Below, one piece after another: positions 18,656 through 28,999 of a stretch of 58,207 nucleotides of DNA; within the stretch, counting starts at the first letter, position 1, and the number at the start of each line of letters is the position of its first letter. Below the pieces are notes generated by a model that saw nothing but the letters and a program-made list of their open reading frames with translations, made no database searches and was not told the DNA's origin. Both the position numbers and the translations under genes were made by a program. Location: the IMG/VR virus record IMGVR_UViG_3300021966_000003, positions 1 to 58,207 of that record; one strand, 5' to 3'. This stretch comes from a virus (taxonomy: Duplodnaviria > Caudoviricetes).

Positions 18656-18889
18656 ATGACATCTGGCGATCAGCTTGTTGCATCTACTTTAGTTATTGTT
18701 GATGCAGAAATGCCGAATCTAATTAAACGTTGGGTTGGACCAACGGGAACTTGTGAAGAATTAGATACTTTTGTGAGTCAACTTAAAGTACAAGATAACG
18801 AATATCGTAAAGAATGGCGATTAGGTAAGAATGAAGATTATGCTTATGCCATTTCTCGTAGATATACTGTTGTCAAGGCTGGTAAGTAA
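18656..18889 (+). CDS. Hypothetical protein
   Basis: Follows a TTGACT-17-TATAAT promoter and AAGGA RBS. Confidence 0.7.
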   Translation: MTSGDQLVASTLVIVDAEMPNLIKRWVGPTGTCEELDTFVSQLKVQDNEYRKEWRLGKNEDYAYAISRRYTVVKAGK

Positions 18890-18890
18890 T

Positions 18891-19325
18891 ATGCCAAAAT
18901 CTTTTGCAAAAAAAGTTAAACTGGACGGTTATACCTTTGATTCTATGAAGGAAGCTAAGTTTTATGAAGATTACATCCGTGATAGCGGGTATAGTTTTAC
19001 TGTTCATGAAAAATTCCAACTCATCGATAAGTATAAGATTGGGAATTATAATATGCATGGAGTCACTTATTCTCCTGATTTCGTTATTAGAAATCAATGT
19101 GGAGAGATCATCCACGTATATGATGTAAAAACAGGGTATACTTCATATGCTATTACAACTGGTGTAAGCCTACGATTTAAAATGTTTACTTTGAAGTATG
19201 GTGTGCCGGTGGAAGTTGTTGTTGTTAGGACTCGTGATTTTAAAACTAAGATAGTTGGATTAACTAAAAAAACAGATCCACAAGTAAGAAATAACGTTTC
19301 CTACCGTTGGGACAGCGGATATTAA
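18891..19325 (+). CDS. DUF1064-family PD-(D/E)xK nuclease
   Basis: KVKLDGYTFDSMKEAKFY; TYSPDF; DVKT. Confidence 0.85.
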   Translation: MPKSFAKKVKLDGYTFDSMKEAKFYEDYIRDSGYSFTVHEKFQLIDKYKIGNYNMHGVTYSPDFVIRNQCGEIIHVYDVKTGYTSYAITTGVSLRFKMFTLKYGVPVEVVVVRTRDFKTKIVGLTKKTDPQVRNNVSYRWDSGY

Positions 19326-19345
19326 AATGAAAAGAGGTGTAAGAT

Positions 19346-19927
19346 GTGGAGGAGTGGGAAAAACTATATATTGTATATGGTCATGACTTTAAGGGCAATT
19401 ATGAAGTTAGTGATTGCGGGGATGTGAGAAGCATTGACCACTACGTGAACGCAAATACTGGTACGAGATTGGTGAAGGGGAGGATTCTTTCGTATGATAT
19501 TGGGAAATCCGGGTATAAAAGAGTTGGTCTTAGCGATTCTGGAAGAGTCAGAAAAACCGTTAACGTCCATACGCTTGTTATGTTAGCATTTGTTGGGGAT
19601 GCTGACGGACTTGTTATCAATCATAAAGACGAAAACAAGTTAAACAACAAATTGAATAATCTTGAATATGTAACACAAAAACAAAACTTAAATTATAAAA
19701 ACGCACAAAAGAGAAGAGTCCACACACGAACATTTAAAGTTGGGTATTTTACAGAAACGGGAGTATCTTTTTTTGGCAATATAACTAAAGCCGAATGTTT
19801 AACCGGTATTGATAGACATAAAATCAGAAAGTCAATTAATAGTGGTGGATTAATTGACTGCTGGAAAGATATAAAAACTAAAACAGGTTTTGAAAATGAA
19901 GAAGTAAGTTGGCAGCTTACTCTATAA
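19346..19927 (+). CDS. NUMOD4-HNH homing endonuclease
   Basis: YEVSDCGDVRS; INHKDENKLNNKLNNLEY. Confidence 0.88.
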   Translation: MEEWEKLYIVYGHDFKGNYEVSDCGDVRSIDHYVNANTGTRLVKGRILSYDIGKSGYKRVGLSDSGRVRKTVNVHTLVMLAFVGDADGLVINHKDENKLNNKLNNLEYVTQKQNLNYKNAQKRRVHTRTFKVGYFTETGVSFFGNITKAECLTGIDRHKIRKSINSGGLIDCWKDIKTKTGFENEEVSWQLTL

Positions 19928-19937
19928 TAAGGAGGCG

Positions 19938-20264
19938 ATGACTTTGTACAGATCTTTTATTGGGAAGTTAGATAACAAAACGTTACCGGAACTACGAAAG
20001 AAATTCTATTCAGAATACTTTCAGCAAGTAGAAGACGCAGGAGAACGATTAAAGATTGTAGAAACATTTTTTGATATAGAGGTAGGAGAATTCTTTGATG
20101 AGTACGTAGAACGAATCTATCATGTGTCACCAGTACAAGATGAAGTTGTAGCAGATGGAGATAATGTCCTTCAATTTTTAGCAATGATTGGCGACTACTT
20201 AGTACGTGGTAATGATAAAAACTATTCATTTGAACCAAGTAATTTTATTTCGTCAAGAGGTTGA
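19938..20264 (+). CDS. Hypothetical protein
   Basis: AAGGAGG RBS. Confidence 0.7.
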   Translation: MTLYRSFIGKLDNKTLPELRKKFYSEYFQQVEDAGERLKIVETFFDIEVGEFFDEYVERIYHVSPVQDEVVADGDNVLQFLAMIGDYLVRGNDKNYSFEPSNFISSRG

Positions 20265-20338
20265 CATTAAATATATTTAATGATATAATATTATCATAGG
20301 TTAGTTAATAACCAAAACAAATTAGGAGGAATTACACT

Positions 20339-21298
20339 ATGGCACAACTAACAGAACTAAAGACGAATGCGATTACGGTTATCGGTACGTTAAAAACGAA
20401 GGAATTGGAATTAGCTACTGATCGACAAGGTGAAACGATTATTAAAGGTCGTGTTACTGTAGAAGTTAAACAAGGGGATAAGGTAAATAACCTTACTTTA
20501 AATGTATACAATAAGCGAATTACAAAGTCTGGTAGTGTTAACCCATTCTTTGAAGGTTTGGTAACTGTACGAAATGACTACAAGGCATTAGATGACTTGC
20601 AAGATGGAGAAACTGCTGATCGAGTACGTGTTACTGGAGAAAATAGTTACAATGTGTATGAAAGCAACGGTTCATTGCGTGAATCAAATCGTCTTCGTGC
20701 AAGTCGTTTTACTCGTGTTGGTAACGACGTAGAAGATTCTGCACAAGGCGAAGTTGATGCAGTTATCTTAGGTTATGTTACAGAAGAAATTAATGATGAA
20801 GAAACTGGTAAGTTGCTTGTTAACGCATTTACTGTGGGTTATGGTGGCCGAGTTAATAAGTTAGTTAACTTAAAAGTTCCTGCTTCATTAGGTATGGATG
20901 ACTACTTTGATGAAAACTCAACCGGTCGATTAAGTTATGATCTTTTAAACTATGTGGTTGTTAAAGAAACTCCTGCAGACGAATCAGAAGGGTTTGGTGA
21001 TTTTCATTCAGTTGTTCAATCAAATTCTTACGTTAATGAATTGCTTATTACTGGTGGGAAAAACGTTCCTGATGGTACTGAATACGAAGAAGATCAAATT
21101 GCGGAAGCGTTGAAGTCGTTACGTGCTCAGAAAGAAGAAGCTAAGTCACGTGCAGCACAACAAAATAATCAGAGCCGGTCAGATGTTGAACAAGCAGCGG
21201 CTAAGACTGAAAATGCGTTTGGTTCAGCTAAGAAGCGTACAGACCCATTCGCTGATTCTAGTACAGTAGAAATTTCAGACGACGATATTCCATTCTAA
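20339..21298 (+). CDS. Putative single-stranded DNA-binding protein
   Basis: Acidic C-terminal tail DDDIPF; strong promoter; precedes the AAA ATPase as in SPbeta-like modules. Confidence 0.7.
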   Translation: MAQLTELKTNAITVIGTLKTKELELATDRQGETIIKGRVTVEVKQGDKVNNLTLNVYNKRITKSGSVNPFFEGLVTVRNDYKALDDLQDGETADRVRVTGENSYNVYESNGSLRESNRLRASRFTRVGNDVEDSAQGEVDAVILGYVTEEINDEETGKLLVNAFTVGYGGRVNKLVNLKVPASLGMDDYFDENSTGRLSYDLLNYVVVKETPADESEGFGDFHSVVQSNSYVNELLITGGKNVPDGTEYEEDQIAEALKSLRAQKEEAKSRAAQQNNQSRSDVEQAAAKTENAFGSAKKRTDPFADSSTVEISDDDIPF

Positions 21299-21348
21299 AG
21301 AATGGTCTTAATGGATGGTCACTATGTGTATTATAAAGGAGAATAAGA

Positions 21349-22413
21349 ATGCCTAAAGTAGATTTATTAGGAATTGAACCAATTAAGGTAAGTACAGATA
21401 TCAAGAGTTATTCAATGCTGTTTTATTCTGAATCAAAGTTTGGTAAATCAACATTTGTTAACGACCTTTTTGGCGATCGAGTATTAAATATCATGACTGA
21501 AAAACGTTACAGTGCTTTAGAAGGGGCTAAGGTTGTCTATGTACCGGATTGGGCGACGTTTAAGTCTGTACTAAAAGAATTAAAGAAACCAGAAGTCAAT
21601 GCGATGTATGATGCGATTTCTATTGATACTGTCGAAAACTTGTACGATTCACTAAACAAATATGTTGCCGGTCAATACGGTGAACAATTCGTTGGTGATG
21701 ATAAGTCGATCGGATTTGGTCAAGACTACACCCGGATGGATAATGTTTGGAAACGGACTATGAAAGAAGTAGAATCATTAGACTATACTTCGATCTTTGT
21801 AAGTCACGTTCAAGATAAGATCGATTCTATTCCTATTGTTGATGTTGATGAAAAGACTCACATTGTTGGTGGCAATAAAACTACTGATAAGAACGGTAAA
21901 GAAGTTATTGAATTCACGAAACATCAAGCAAGTTTGCGTGAAAAGGCGTTGGGCGTAATCACAAAGATGGTTGATAACATTCTATTCGGAGAAATTGTGA
22001 TTGGTAGTGATAACGAACAACATCGTGTAATTCATTTGCGTGGTACTCTTCAATATGATGCTGGTACTACATTTAAGGATGTACCAGACACGATTCAGTT
22101 CAGCGCTAAGGCTTATAAGGATGCAGTTGACAAAGCATTGGGTAAGTATGAGAATACAACTGATGATACTATTCGGCATTCTGATATTAAAGAAACTGAA
22201 TATGATTTTGATGATATCATGGGATACGCTAAAGAATTAGCGATGGCATTTCATGAAGCTGGTAAAATGGGTGAAGTTACTAAGATCACTGATAAGGAAC
22301 TTGGTAAGGGCGTACAGGTTGGTAGTCTTGATGAAACTCGTGTAGAAGAACTTGACGTTGTAACGAATGCGATGCATGATAAAGCATTAGAACTTGGTTT
22401 AGTAAAGGCTTAG
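21349..22413 (+). CDS. AAA_24/Sak4-like ATPase
   Basis: YSESKFGKST Walker A; ISIDT Walker B; FVSH. Confidence 0.8.
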   Translation: MPKVDLLGIEPIKVSTDIKSYSMLFYSESKFGKSTFVNDLFGDRVLNIMTEKRYSALEGAKVVYVPDWATFKSVLKELKKPEVNAMYDAISIDTVENLYDSLNKYVAGQYGEQFVGDDKSIGFGQDYTRMDNVWKRTMKEVESLDYTSIFVSHVQDKIDSIPIVDVDEKTHIVGGNKTTDKNGKEVIEFTKHQASLREKALGVITKMVDNILFGEIVIGSDNEQHRVIHLRGTLQYDAGTTFKDVPDTIQFSAKAYKDAVDKALGKYENTTDDTIRHSDIKETEYDFDDIMGYAKELAMAFHEAGKMGEVTKITDKELGKGVQVGSLDETRVEELDVVTNAMHDKALELGLVKA

Positions 22414-22425
22414 GGAGGTCTGAGA

Positions 22426-23640
22426 ATGGCATTATATCACTTCAAAGGTAAAAAGGGCGAGCGACACGAGATTGATGACGTAGGGCTTCGCCTTGCGGTT
22501 AAGATTAAAACTGAAATGCAAAAAGATACTGGTCGTGCAGCTTGGGGTCGTCTAGTTAAGATGATGAAGGATGAAGGGTATGATGTCGTTCAGACTGAAA
22601 GCTTTAGACTTCTTGTCAAGAACTTCAAAGCACGTGTTATTGATCCAGAAGATGACACTGAAATCACATCAGTTAGTGAACTTAACAAGCAGATTGGTGA
22701 ATTGGCGATTGAAAAGCGGGACCTTCAAAATATCCGTCGTGATATGGGCAAAGTTCGTCGAGAAATGACAGACGGGGCTATCTTCAATCGTGAATTAATT
22801 GATGCTGTCAGAGACGGGATTACGATTAATGTTGTTAAAGGGGTAAAAGACATTGAACACGAATTAACAAATCAAACGTTAATTGCTGTACTATCTGATG
22901 TTCATATCGGAGCGCTTGTTAAGTTTAACGGCAACAAATATGACACATTCGTTGCTCACGAATTGATAGAAGAATACGCAGAAATTATCTTGGATAGGGT
23001 TAATAAAGAGCATCCTAGTGAGGTTATTTTGGTTGGTCTTGGGGATTATGTGGAACAGATCGCAATGAGACCAAATCAATTATGGACGGTTGATTCTGAT
23101 TTTGGTACACAACAATCTAATGCAATTAAGTTTGTATCTGAGTTTATCTCAAGAATTGCTTATGGAGCTACGGTTCCAGTCAAAACAACGTTCATTGGCG
23201 GCAATCATGATCGGTTTAATGGCAATAAGAAAGATAACATTTATGGAGATACTTTCTCAACAACACTGTCAGAAGTGATGAAGATTGTTGCAGAACAGGT
23301 GCCTAACCTAACTGTTGTCGATCCTGATACTCCGTTACGAACGCATCTAAACGTTAATGGGGCTAAAATTAAATTTGTTCATGGTGACATTGATAAGATT
23401 GCTGACAAAGGTATTCTTGGAAAAGTATCTCAGTTTGATGGACGTATTTATGATGCTATTGTTGGTGGTCATTTGCACTCAGCTAGCATTCGTGAGGATT
23501 CTGGGTGGATTATTCAAAGCGGTAGTATTATTGGCAGTAATGAATATTCTGATAGTTTAGGTGTAAGCTCAGAACGATCTCAGGTTATCTTAATGGTTGA
23601 TGGTTTTGGAAATATCACTCCAAGTATTATTAAATTATAG
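22426..23640 (+). CDS. Calcineurin-like metallophosphoesterase/nuclease
   Basis: SDVHIG, GLGD, GNHD, HGD, GHLH. Confidence 0.88.
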   Translation: MALYHFKGKKGERHEIDDVGLRLAVKIKTEMQKDTGRAAWGRLVKMMKDEGYDVVQTESFRLLVKNFKARVIDPEDDTEITSVSELNKQIGELAIEKRDLQNIRRDMGKVRREMTDGAIFNRELIDAVRDGITINVVKGVKDIEHELTNQTLIAVLSDVHIGALVKFNGNKYDTFVAHELIEEYAEIILDRVNKEHPSEVILVGLGDYVEQIAMRPNQLWTVDSDFGTQQSNAIKFVSEFISRIAYGATVPVKTTFIGGNHDRFNGNKKDNIYGDTFSTTLSEVMKIVAEQVPNLTVVDPDTPLRTHLNVNGAKIKFVHGDIDKIADKGILGKVSQFDGRIYDAIVGGHLHSASIREDSGWIIQSGSIIGSNEYSDSLGVSSERSQVILMVDGFGNITPSIIKL

Positions 23641-23786
23641 TTGACGCAAAGTAAGTTAAATGATATAATGTTTATATGGTGTAGAATGTTAAGGACGATT
23701 ACCTCAGATAGAAATCTTCAAATTCGGGTTTGGTCACCCGGATACATAATGTAACACTTGACTTTACATACTGTTTATTATATAAT
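23641..23786 (+). promoter_or_regulatory. Two tandem consensus promoters
   Basis: TTGACG-17-TATAAT (23641-23669) and TTGACT-17-TATAAT (23758-23786). Confidence 0.75.
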
Positions 23787-23878
23787 AGTATTACAAACTT
23801 GAAGGGAATGAGACAGAAGAAGGTCTTGGAGACCGGATAAGGACGGGGTAGGAGCCGTAACCTAAAAAATTAGAAGGG

Positions 23879-24409
23879 ATGTTAATGGACGTAAAAAACG
23901 AAACAGAAATTTGGAAACCAATTATTAACTACGAAGGATTGTATTGGGCAAGCAATTTTGGCAACATAAGAAATAGACATGGTAGAATTTTAATTCAGGG
24001 AATTAACAAAAATGGATATAAAATAATAGGACTTTCTAAAAATGGTGTTAAAAAAACGTTAAAGGTTCATAAAATTATCGCTAAATTATTCGTAGAAAAC
24101 GATGATTTAAATGTTAACACCGTGACACATCACATAGATGGAAATAGGGGAAATAATAACTATAAAAATCTAATGTGGACTACTCAGGAATACAATGTAA
24201 ATGAACCGATATCTATCAAGAGAAGAACTTTAAATGAACAAGAAGTTAATAATAAAGTTAAAAATATCCATTGCAACGTAACTTATGTTGAGGGGTATAA
24301 AAAATCTTGGGAAAAGTGTTGGTGGAAATGCGAAAAATGCGGATATACATGGGAAAGTGCGTTATATACGCTCATTAACGGCTCTGGATGTCCGCAGTGC
24401 AAAAACTAA
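23879..24409 (+). CDS. NUMOD4-HNH-zinc ribbon endonuclease lacking the NUMOD1 tail
   Basis: WKPIINYEGLYWASNFG; HHIDGNRGNN; CEKC..CPQC then stop. Confidence 0.85.
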   Translation: MLMDVKNETEIWKPIINYEGLYWASNFGNIRNRHGRILIQGINKNGYKIIGLSKNGVKKTLKVHKIIAKLFVENDDLNVNTVTHHIDGNRGNNNYKNLMWTTQEYNVNEPISIKRRTLNEQEVNNKVKNIHCNVTYVEGYKKSWEKCWWKCEKCGYTWESALYTLINGSGCPQCKN

Positions 24410-24420
24410 AATAAAAAAGG

Positions 24421-25227
24421 ATGGTAAATATTTTGAAAGATTTTGGAGAAACTATCGACCCATGGTTTATGAACCTAGAATTGGGTAAGCGGTTTAAGCA
24501 AGCTGGAAAGGTTCTTACTTTGAGCTACTACAAAGAAGGATTCACGGGTTGGTCTAAACCATCGTATGTATTAGCAGTTATTGGTGTATTGTTTCAATTG
24601 ATTATCGGTTTAGGCGCAGGTATTACGTCGCTTGGTGTAATTGCAACGTTATCTGGGATTATTGGTTTCTTATGTACTGTTACAATCACAAACGGTAAAT
24701 CCATTAATGGCTTACTTGGTGCATTGAGCGCATTAGGATATATCTTCATTGCGTTTAAAACCGGTAATTATTCAGACTCGATCATGCAAATTGTCTACTT
24801 CTTGATCCTTGATATTCCTATTATGTTTAGTCTTCAATGGGGAGAATTTAAGTCACGCAAAGCAACTGGTAAGAACTATGCATTGTTTACAGTAATCTTC
24901 GTAGTATTCTTATTCTTGTTATTCCACTTAGATGTATTCTTAGGATCACCACGTCCGTTGATTGATGCTTTAGCAGCAGCTATTGGTTTGACAGGAGCGG
25001 TATTATGCTTATATCGTTTCTCTGACCAATATTACTTCTGGTTAGCGCAGGGGTTGATGTCAGTAACCTTATGGGGTATCACAGCCGCATCAGGTCACCC
25101 AGTTTGGGTATTGTTGTTCACTTATGTACTATACCTTCTGAATGACTTAGTAGCATTCTTGTTCTCTCCTTGGTTTGGCAAAGGAAAGAACAAAGCAGTA
25201 GAAAAGTTAGAAACTGAAAACAATTAG
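24421..25227 (+). CDS. PnuC-family nucleoside/vitamin transporter
   Basis: Multiple TM helices; PLIDA...QYYFWLAQG, YLLND pattern. Confidence 0.85.
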   Translation: MVNILKDFGETIDPWFMNLELGKRFKQAGKVLTLSYYKEGFTGWSKPSYVLAVIGVLFQLIIGLGAGITSLGVIATLSGIIGFLCTVTITNGKSINGLLGALSALGYIFIAFKTGNYSDSIMQIVYFLILDIPIMFSLQWGEFKSRKATGKNYALFTVIFVVFLFLLFHLDVFLGSPRPLIDALAAAIGLTGAVLCLYRFSDQYYFWLAQGLMSVTLWGITAASGHPVWVLLFTYVLYLLNDLVAFLFSPWFGKGKNKAVEKLETENN

Positions 25228-25232
25228 TTTTA

Positions 25233-25262
25233 CGCCCTAGTTAATTCTAGGGCATTTTTTTG
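25233..25262 (+). terminator. Intrinsic terminator
   Basis: GCCCTAG-TTAATT-CTAGGGC followed by T run. Confidence 0.8.
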
Positions 25263-25318
25263 TTGACTAAACTAACAAATTGCAGTATAATGTAATATAT
25301 AGATAAGGAGGAACGACA

Positions 25319-25975
25319 ATGAAGGAAATATTAAGATCTGAGTACCTATCAAAGCTTCGTAAAGATGATAAAATTTACTTTGACACGGGTATTTGTGGAA
25401 TAGTTGCCATATATGATTCTAGTGATGAAATTCAGCCTATTTGTTTATTCTTTACGAATGATAGTGGTAGACGCATCTTTGGAATCGAGACTCTTTGGCC
25501 TTTTAAATATAACCTGTCTGATGATTTTGAGGGGCACGGTGTTGGTGAAGCAGTTAGCGTTAATATTGACGGGGAAGATTATGCTATTGTTAATGCGCTG
25601 TCAAAGGACAAGGAAATTATCATCCCGTTAAAAGATACTATCAACGCTGGACGCTTGCTTGCTGACACGTTAACTCGTTTATCCGATACCTTTAAGTCTA
25701 AAGAAGATACTGATATGAAAACTTATATCAGAATCTCAGAATTAGTAAGGGTTGTACTTGGTGAAGATGATGAGAATTATGAATTAATTCAAACGCAATA
25801 TTTTGCTAATGAGGATCGTTATCGGGCGCACATTTTAAATGTTCGTGAACATCAAGTATATTTTGCTGACTATACTGAAGATGATGAAGGGCTTCATTTC
25901 ACTGACTTTGTAAATGGGTTCACAGTAAACCAGAATGATTTCAATACTGTTATTCAGTTAGGGGAAGAACGATAA
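25319..25975 (+). CDS. Hypothetical protein, paralog of 26526..27071
   Basis: MKEILRSEYLSKL vs MLEIKNSELLSKF; QP and WPFK motifs shared. Confidence 0.75.
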   Translation: MKEILRSEYLSKLRKDDKIYFDTGICGIVAIYDSSDEIQPICLFFTNDSGRRIFGIETLWPFKYNLSDDFEGHGVGEAVSVNIDGEDYAIVNALSKDKEIIIPLKDTINAGRLLADTLTRLSDTFKSKEDTDMKTYIRISELVRVVLGEDDENYELIQTQYFANEDRYRAHILNVREHQVYFADYTEDDEGLHFTDFVNGFTVNQNDFNTVIQLGEER

Positions 25976-26532
25976 TGGGCTTTATAATCGGATTTTTTTC
26001 TGGACTATTAATCGGTGCAGTTATTGTATGGATAGTTTCTATATTCGTTGATGACGATGAATTCAATGAAAGCGAAGCTGCTATTCAACCTGCCGTCGGA
26101 GAAGGAATGGCAGGGGTTACTAGACTTAATAAGAGAGCATTTGATAATCAGTTTGTTCTATATGGTGGATCAATTTACCGGGCTGGCCTAGTTAATATAT
26201 TTCCTGACCATGATGAATATTACTTAACAAAGCATACAATTAATGGTATTGTGGGATTGAGCAGTGTTGAGGATAGATTTCTACAATGGACTCCATTTGA
26301 ATATCAAGAACATCAAGAAGTATTTTACCATAACAGAATGGTGAAAATTATAGATCGGATTCAAGGAGACCAAAAGATTATATATAGGGTTGAAGATATT
26401 AACGGGGACCATATGCACAATACAGTTGATGCAGATCAATTAACAACTGACGTTCCTGAATATCAAACTATCTATTATCCAGACGGCAGCTTTAAATTCT
26501 ATAATACAAAGGATGGTAAATTCAATTGTTAG
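25975..26532 (+). CDS. Membrane-anchored hypothetical protein
   Basis: N-terminal TM helix. Confidence 0.75.
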   Translation: MGFIIGFFSGLLIGAVIVWIVSIFVDDDEFNESEAAIQPAVGEGMAGVTRLNKRAFDNQFVLYGGSIYRAGLVNIFPDHDEYYLTKHTINGIVGLSSVEDRFLQWTPFEYQEHQEVFYHNRMVKIIDRIQGDQKIIYRVEDINGDHMHNTVDADQLTTDVPEYQTIYYPDGSFKFYNTKDGKFNC

Positions 26533-27071
26533 AAATTAAAAACAGTGAACTACTCAGCAAGTTCGGTGAAGGTGATGCGATCATTAGTGAAAACTATACG
26601 ATGGTAGCGTTTGAATTAGACCCAAAAGATGAAAATCAACCAGTTGAATTCAGGGTTTATGATAAAGGAACAGCCGAGCATATGGATGTTAACTGGCCTT
26701 TTAAGGGATCATCGCCTATCTTTGATGGAGAAATGCCAGAAGAAGCTGAACATGAAAAGATTGACTATATCTTAATTGGAGAAGAAATGTACCATTATAA
26801 TTCAGATACTAGAAACTTTGTTTTACAAACCGATAGACGCCAATTCAGTCAAGAAGGCAATGATCTTGCAGAGGTATTTGAATTTGAAGACGGTACATTC
26901 TTGGCGAGGTTGTGGAATAGTGAGTGTGAGAGCGATCTTGGATACCAGTCAACCGTTATTTTAGCTGATGAATTATTTAAGGCGAAATTGTATGATACAG
27001 GCTCTAGTGAAGAAAAAGATTTTATTGCTCACACTTATAACGGATTCTTTAGAATAGTTACTTTAAAATAA
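26526..27071 (+). CDS. Hypothetical protein
   Basis: TTG start, coupled ORF. Confidence 0.7.
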   Translation: MLEIKNSELLSKFGEGDAIISENYTMVAFELDPKDENQPVEFRVYDKGTAEHMDVNWPFKGSSPIFDGEMPEEAEHEKIDYILIGEEMYHYNSDTRNFVLQTDRRQFSQEGNDLAEVFEFEDGTFLARLWNSECESDLGYQSTVILADELFKAKLYDTGSSEEKDFIAHTYNGFFRIVTLK

Positions 27072-27076
27072 TCATT

Positions 27077-27113
27077 AGACCAACTTGACGGTTGGTCTTT
27101 TTTGTAGTATAAT
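27077..27113 (+). promoter_or_regulatory. Overlapping terminator and promoter
   Basis: AGACCAAC-TTGACG-GTTGGTCT-T run, TATAAT at 17 nt. Confidence 0.8.
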
Positions 27114-27142
27114 AGGTTTATAAACTAAAGGAGGAGATTAAT

Positions 27143-27589
27143 ATGAGCGAATTTGAAGAAGCAGAGGCACGAATTGATGATCTTGAAGATGATTTAAACG
27201 AAGCTTATGATATTATTGCTGATAGAGAACATGAACTTGCAGACGTGACAGAAGAAATTGAAGAAATTCGTGAAGAGCGTGATAACGCTTTAGAAGACTT
27301 GCAAGATGCTCAATCAGAATTAGATGAATCAGAAGACGACTTGATGCGTTTGGAAGGCAATTTTGATTCTCTTCAAGACGAATATGATGACCTTTATACA
27401 AATGGTCCTGATGATATGGATGACCGTATTGAAGCCGCTCATGAAGAAGGAATTAAAGAAGCAGTTGAATTGTTAGTTAACCTGCATAATGAAGTTGTTA
27501 TCTCTGACAGTCAATTTACCAAGATCATGAATGAAATTACTGTTAAACATCGTATTTCTGATATTATTCCGGGATATGATACAAAATAA
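27143..27589 (+). CDS. Very acidic coiled-coil protein
   Basis: D/E-rich heptads. Confidence 0.75.
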   Translation: MSEFEEAEARIDDLEDDLNEAYDIIADREHELADVTEEIEEIREERDNALEDLQDAQSELDESEDDLMRLEGNFDSLQDEYDDLYTNGPDDMDDRIEAAHEEGIKEAVELLVNLHNEVVISDSQFTKIMNEITVKHRISDIIPGYDTK

Positions 27590-27600
27590 GAAGGTTTGTT

Positions 27601-28041
27601 ATGAAAGAATACGAACAGGGAATGGTACTAATCAATAATCGTTCAGGCTCAGAACCATCTATTGTTATTCATGACGAAGATCTAGGGTTTGCCATCTTAC
27701 TTCTGGAGCAGGGTTTAATTGATACGGATTGGATGAAATCTTTAGAAGACTTATTTGATGTTTACGGTGAACAAGATGATGAATCCGTTCCGTATGATAT
27801 TATTGCTAAGACAGTTCCGTATGATCCAAAAGATACGTTAGTTTATCAAGTTGCACATTCATCCGTTCATGACGGAGACCTGTACGTCGTTATTGAAGAT
27901 TCTGGAACATATGCTCAATATAGCATTGAAAATGCTGAGGTTTCGACAGAATGGTATGATAGTTTAACTAATTTATATGACGCTGAATTTAAGATTGGCG
28001 AAAAGCCAATTGATATTTACTTGCAAGATCCAATTAAATAG
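27601..28041 (+). CDS. Hypothetical protein with internal duplication
   Basis: TDWMKSLEDLF and TEWYDSLTNLY repeats. Confidence 0.7.
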   Translation: MKEYEQGMVLINNRSGSEPSIVIHDEDLGFAILLLEQGLIDTDWMKSLEDLFDVYGEQDDESVPYDIIAKTVPYDPKDTLVYQVAHSSVHDGDLYVVIEDSGTYAQYSIENAEVSTEWYDSLTNLYDAEFKIGEKPIDIYLQDPIK

Positions 28042-28051
28042 GAGGATAGGA

Positions 28052-28999
28052 ATGAAGACTTTTCAGAAGATCAAAACATTAGATAACGAACTATTACGTG
28101 AAGGGCAGTTACGAGATAAAGGCGTAGACGTCTTATCATTTGAAAAAGGTGATCGTATTGTAATTACAGAAAAACTTGATGGGTCCAATGCGTCCGTTAA
28201 ATATAAGGGAGATGAAATTCAAGCGTTCTCTCATCACCGTAAACTTGATAAAGACAATACGCTTAATGGATTTTATGGTTTTACACAAAGCACTGATGCA
28301 TTTAAGGATCTCCCAGAAGGAATTGTAGCATTCGGTGAATGGTTGACGCCACATCGCTTGAAATACCACATGTCCCACTATAAGAAATTTTATTTATTTG
28401 ATGTATTTGATGAAAGTACTGGAGAATACTTGGGGTATAATGGAGCTTTAAGTTTATATAAGCACACGCTCTCCAATTATGATAATATTGAAATGGCACC
28501 TATTATTTATTCCGGTAAAGATGTTCGTTTAATTGAGCTTAATCAAATTGCTGTAGACCAAGAACATCAATCGGTAATGTCTGTTAATGGAGATATGGAA
28601 GGCATTGTCGTTTCTGATCTTGATAAGGTAGTTCCAATTGACGAAGGAACAAAAGGCCCGATCCGTATTAAGATTGTTAATCAAGCGTTTCGAGAGACGA
28701 AGATGCCTAAAGGAACTGGTGGAAATGGTAGTGGAGATTTAAAGGTTTGGTTAGCTAACAACATTACGTCTGCACGAGTAAGCAAAGCTATTGAATCAAT
28801 GCGGGAAGATGGTAAGTTAACTTCTAAAGTGAGCTTTGATTGGATGAAAAACGGAAATAATGAACAGATCGCATTAAAAGTTCTGTTGGATGCAATTGAA
28901 GAATCCGAAACGTTACCTCCAGAAATTAAAGATTTATTACGATTCTCTAAAAAAGCTACAGATAAGTTTGTTGCTTTATCTATTAAGGGGATGATTTAA
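28052..28999 (+). CDS. ATP-dependent RNA ligase family protein
   Basis: TEKLDGSNAS motif I, FGEW, FYLFDV, EGIVV. Confidence 0.85.
   Translation: MKTFQKIKTLDNELLREGQLRDKGVDVLSFEKGDRIVITEKLDGSNASVKYKGDEIQAFSHHRKLDKDNTLNGFYGFTQSTDAFKDLPEGIVAFGEWLTPHRLKYHMSHYKKFYLFDVFDESTGEYLGYNGALSLYKHTLSNYDNIEMAPIIYSGKDVRLIELNQIAVDQEHQSVMSVNGDMEGIVVSDLDKVVPIDEGTKGPIRIKIVNQAFRETKMPKGTGGNGSGDLKVWLANNITSARVSKAIESMREDGKLTSKVSFDWMKNGNNEQIALKVLLDAIEESETLPPEIKDLLRFSKKATDKFVALSIKGMI

Noticed and set aside
23675-23750. Canonical tRNA gene
   Set aside because: No clean cloverleaf, T-loop consensus or CCA; kept only as an sRNA candidate
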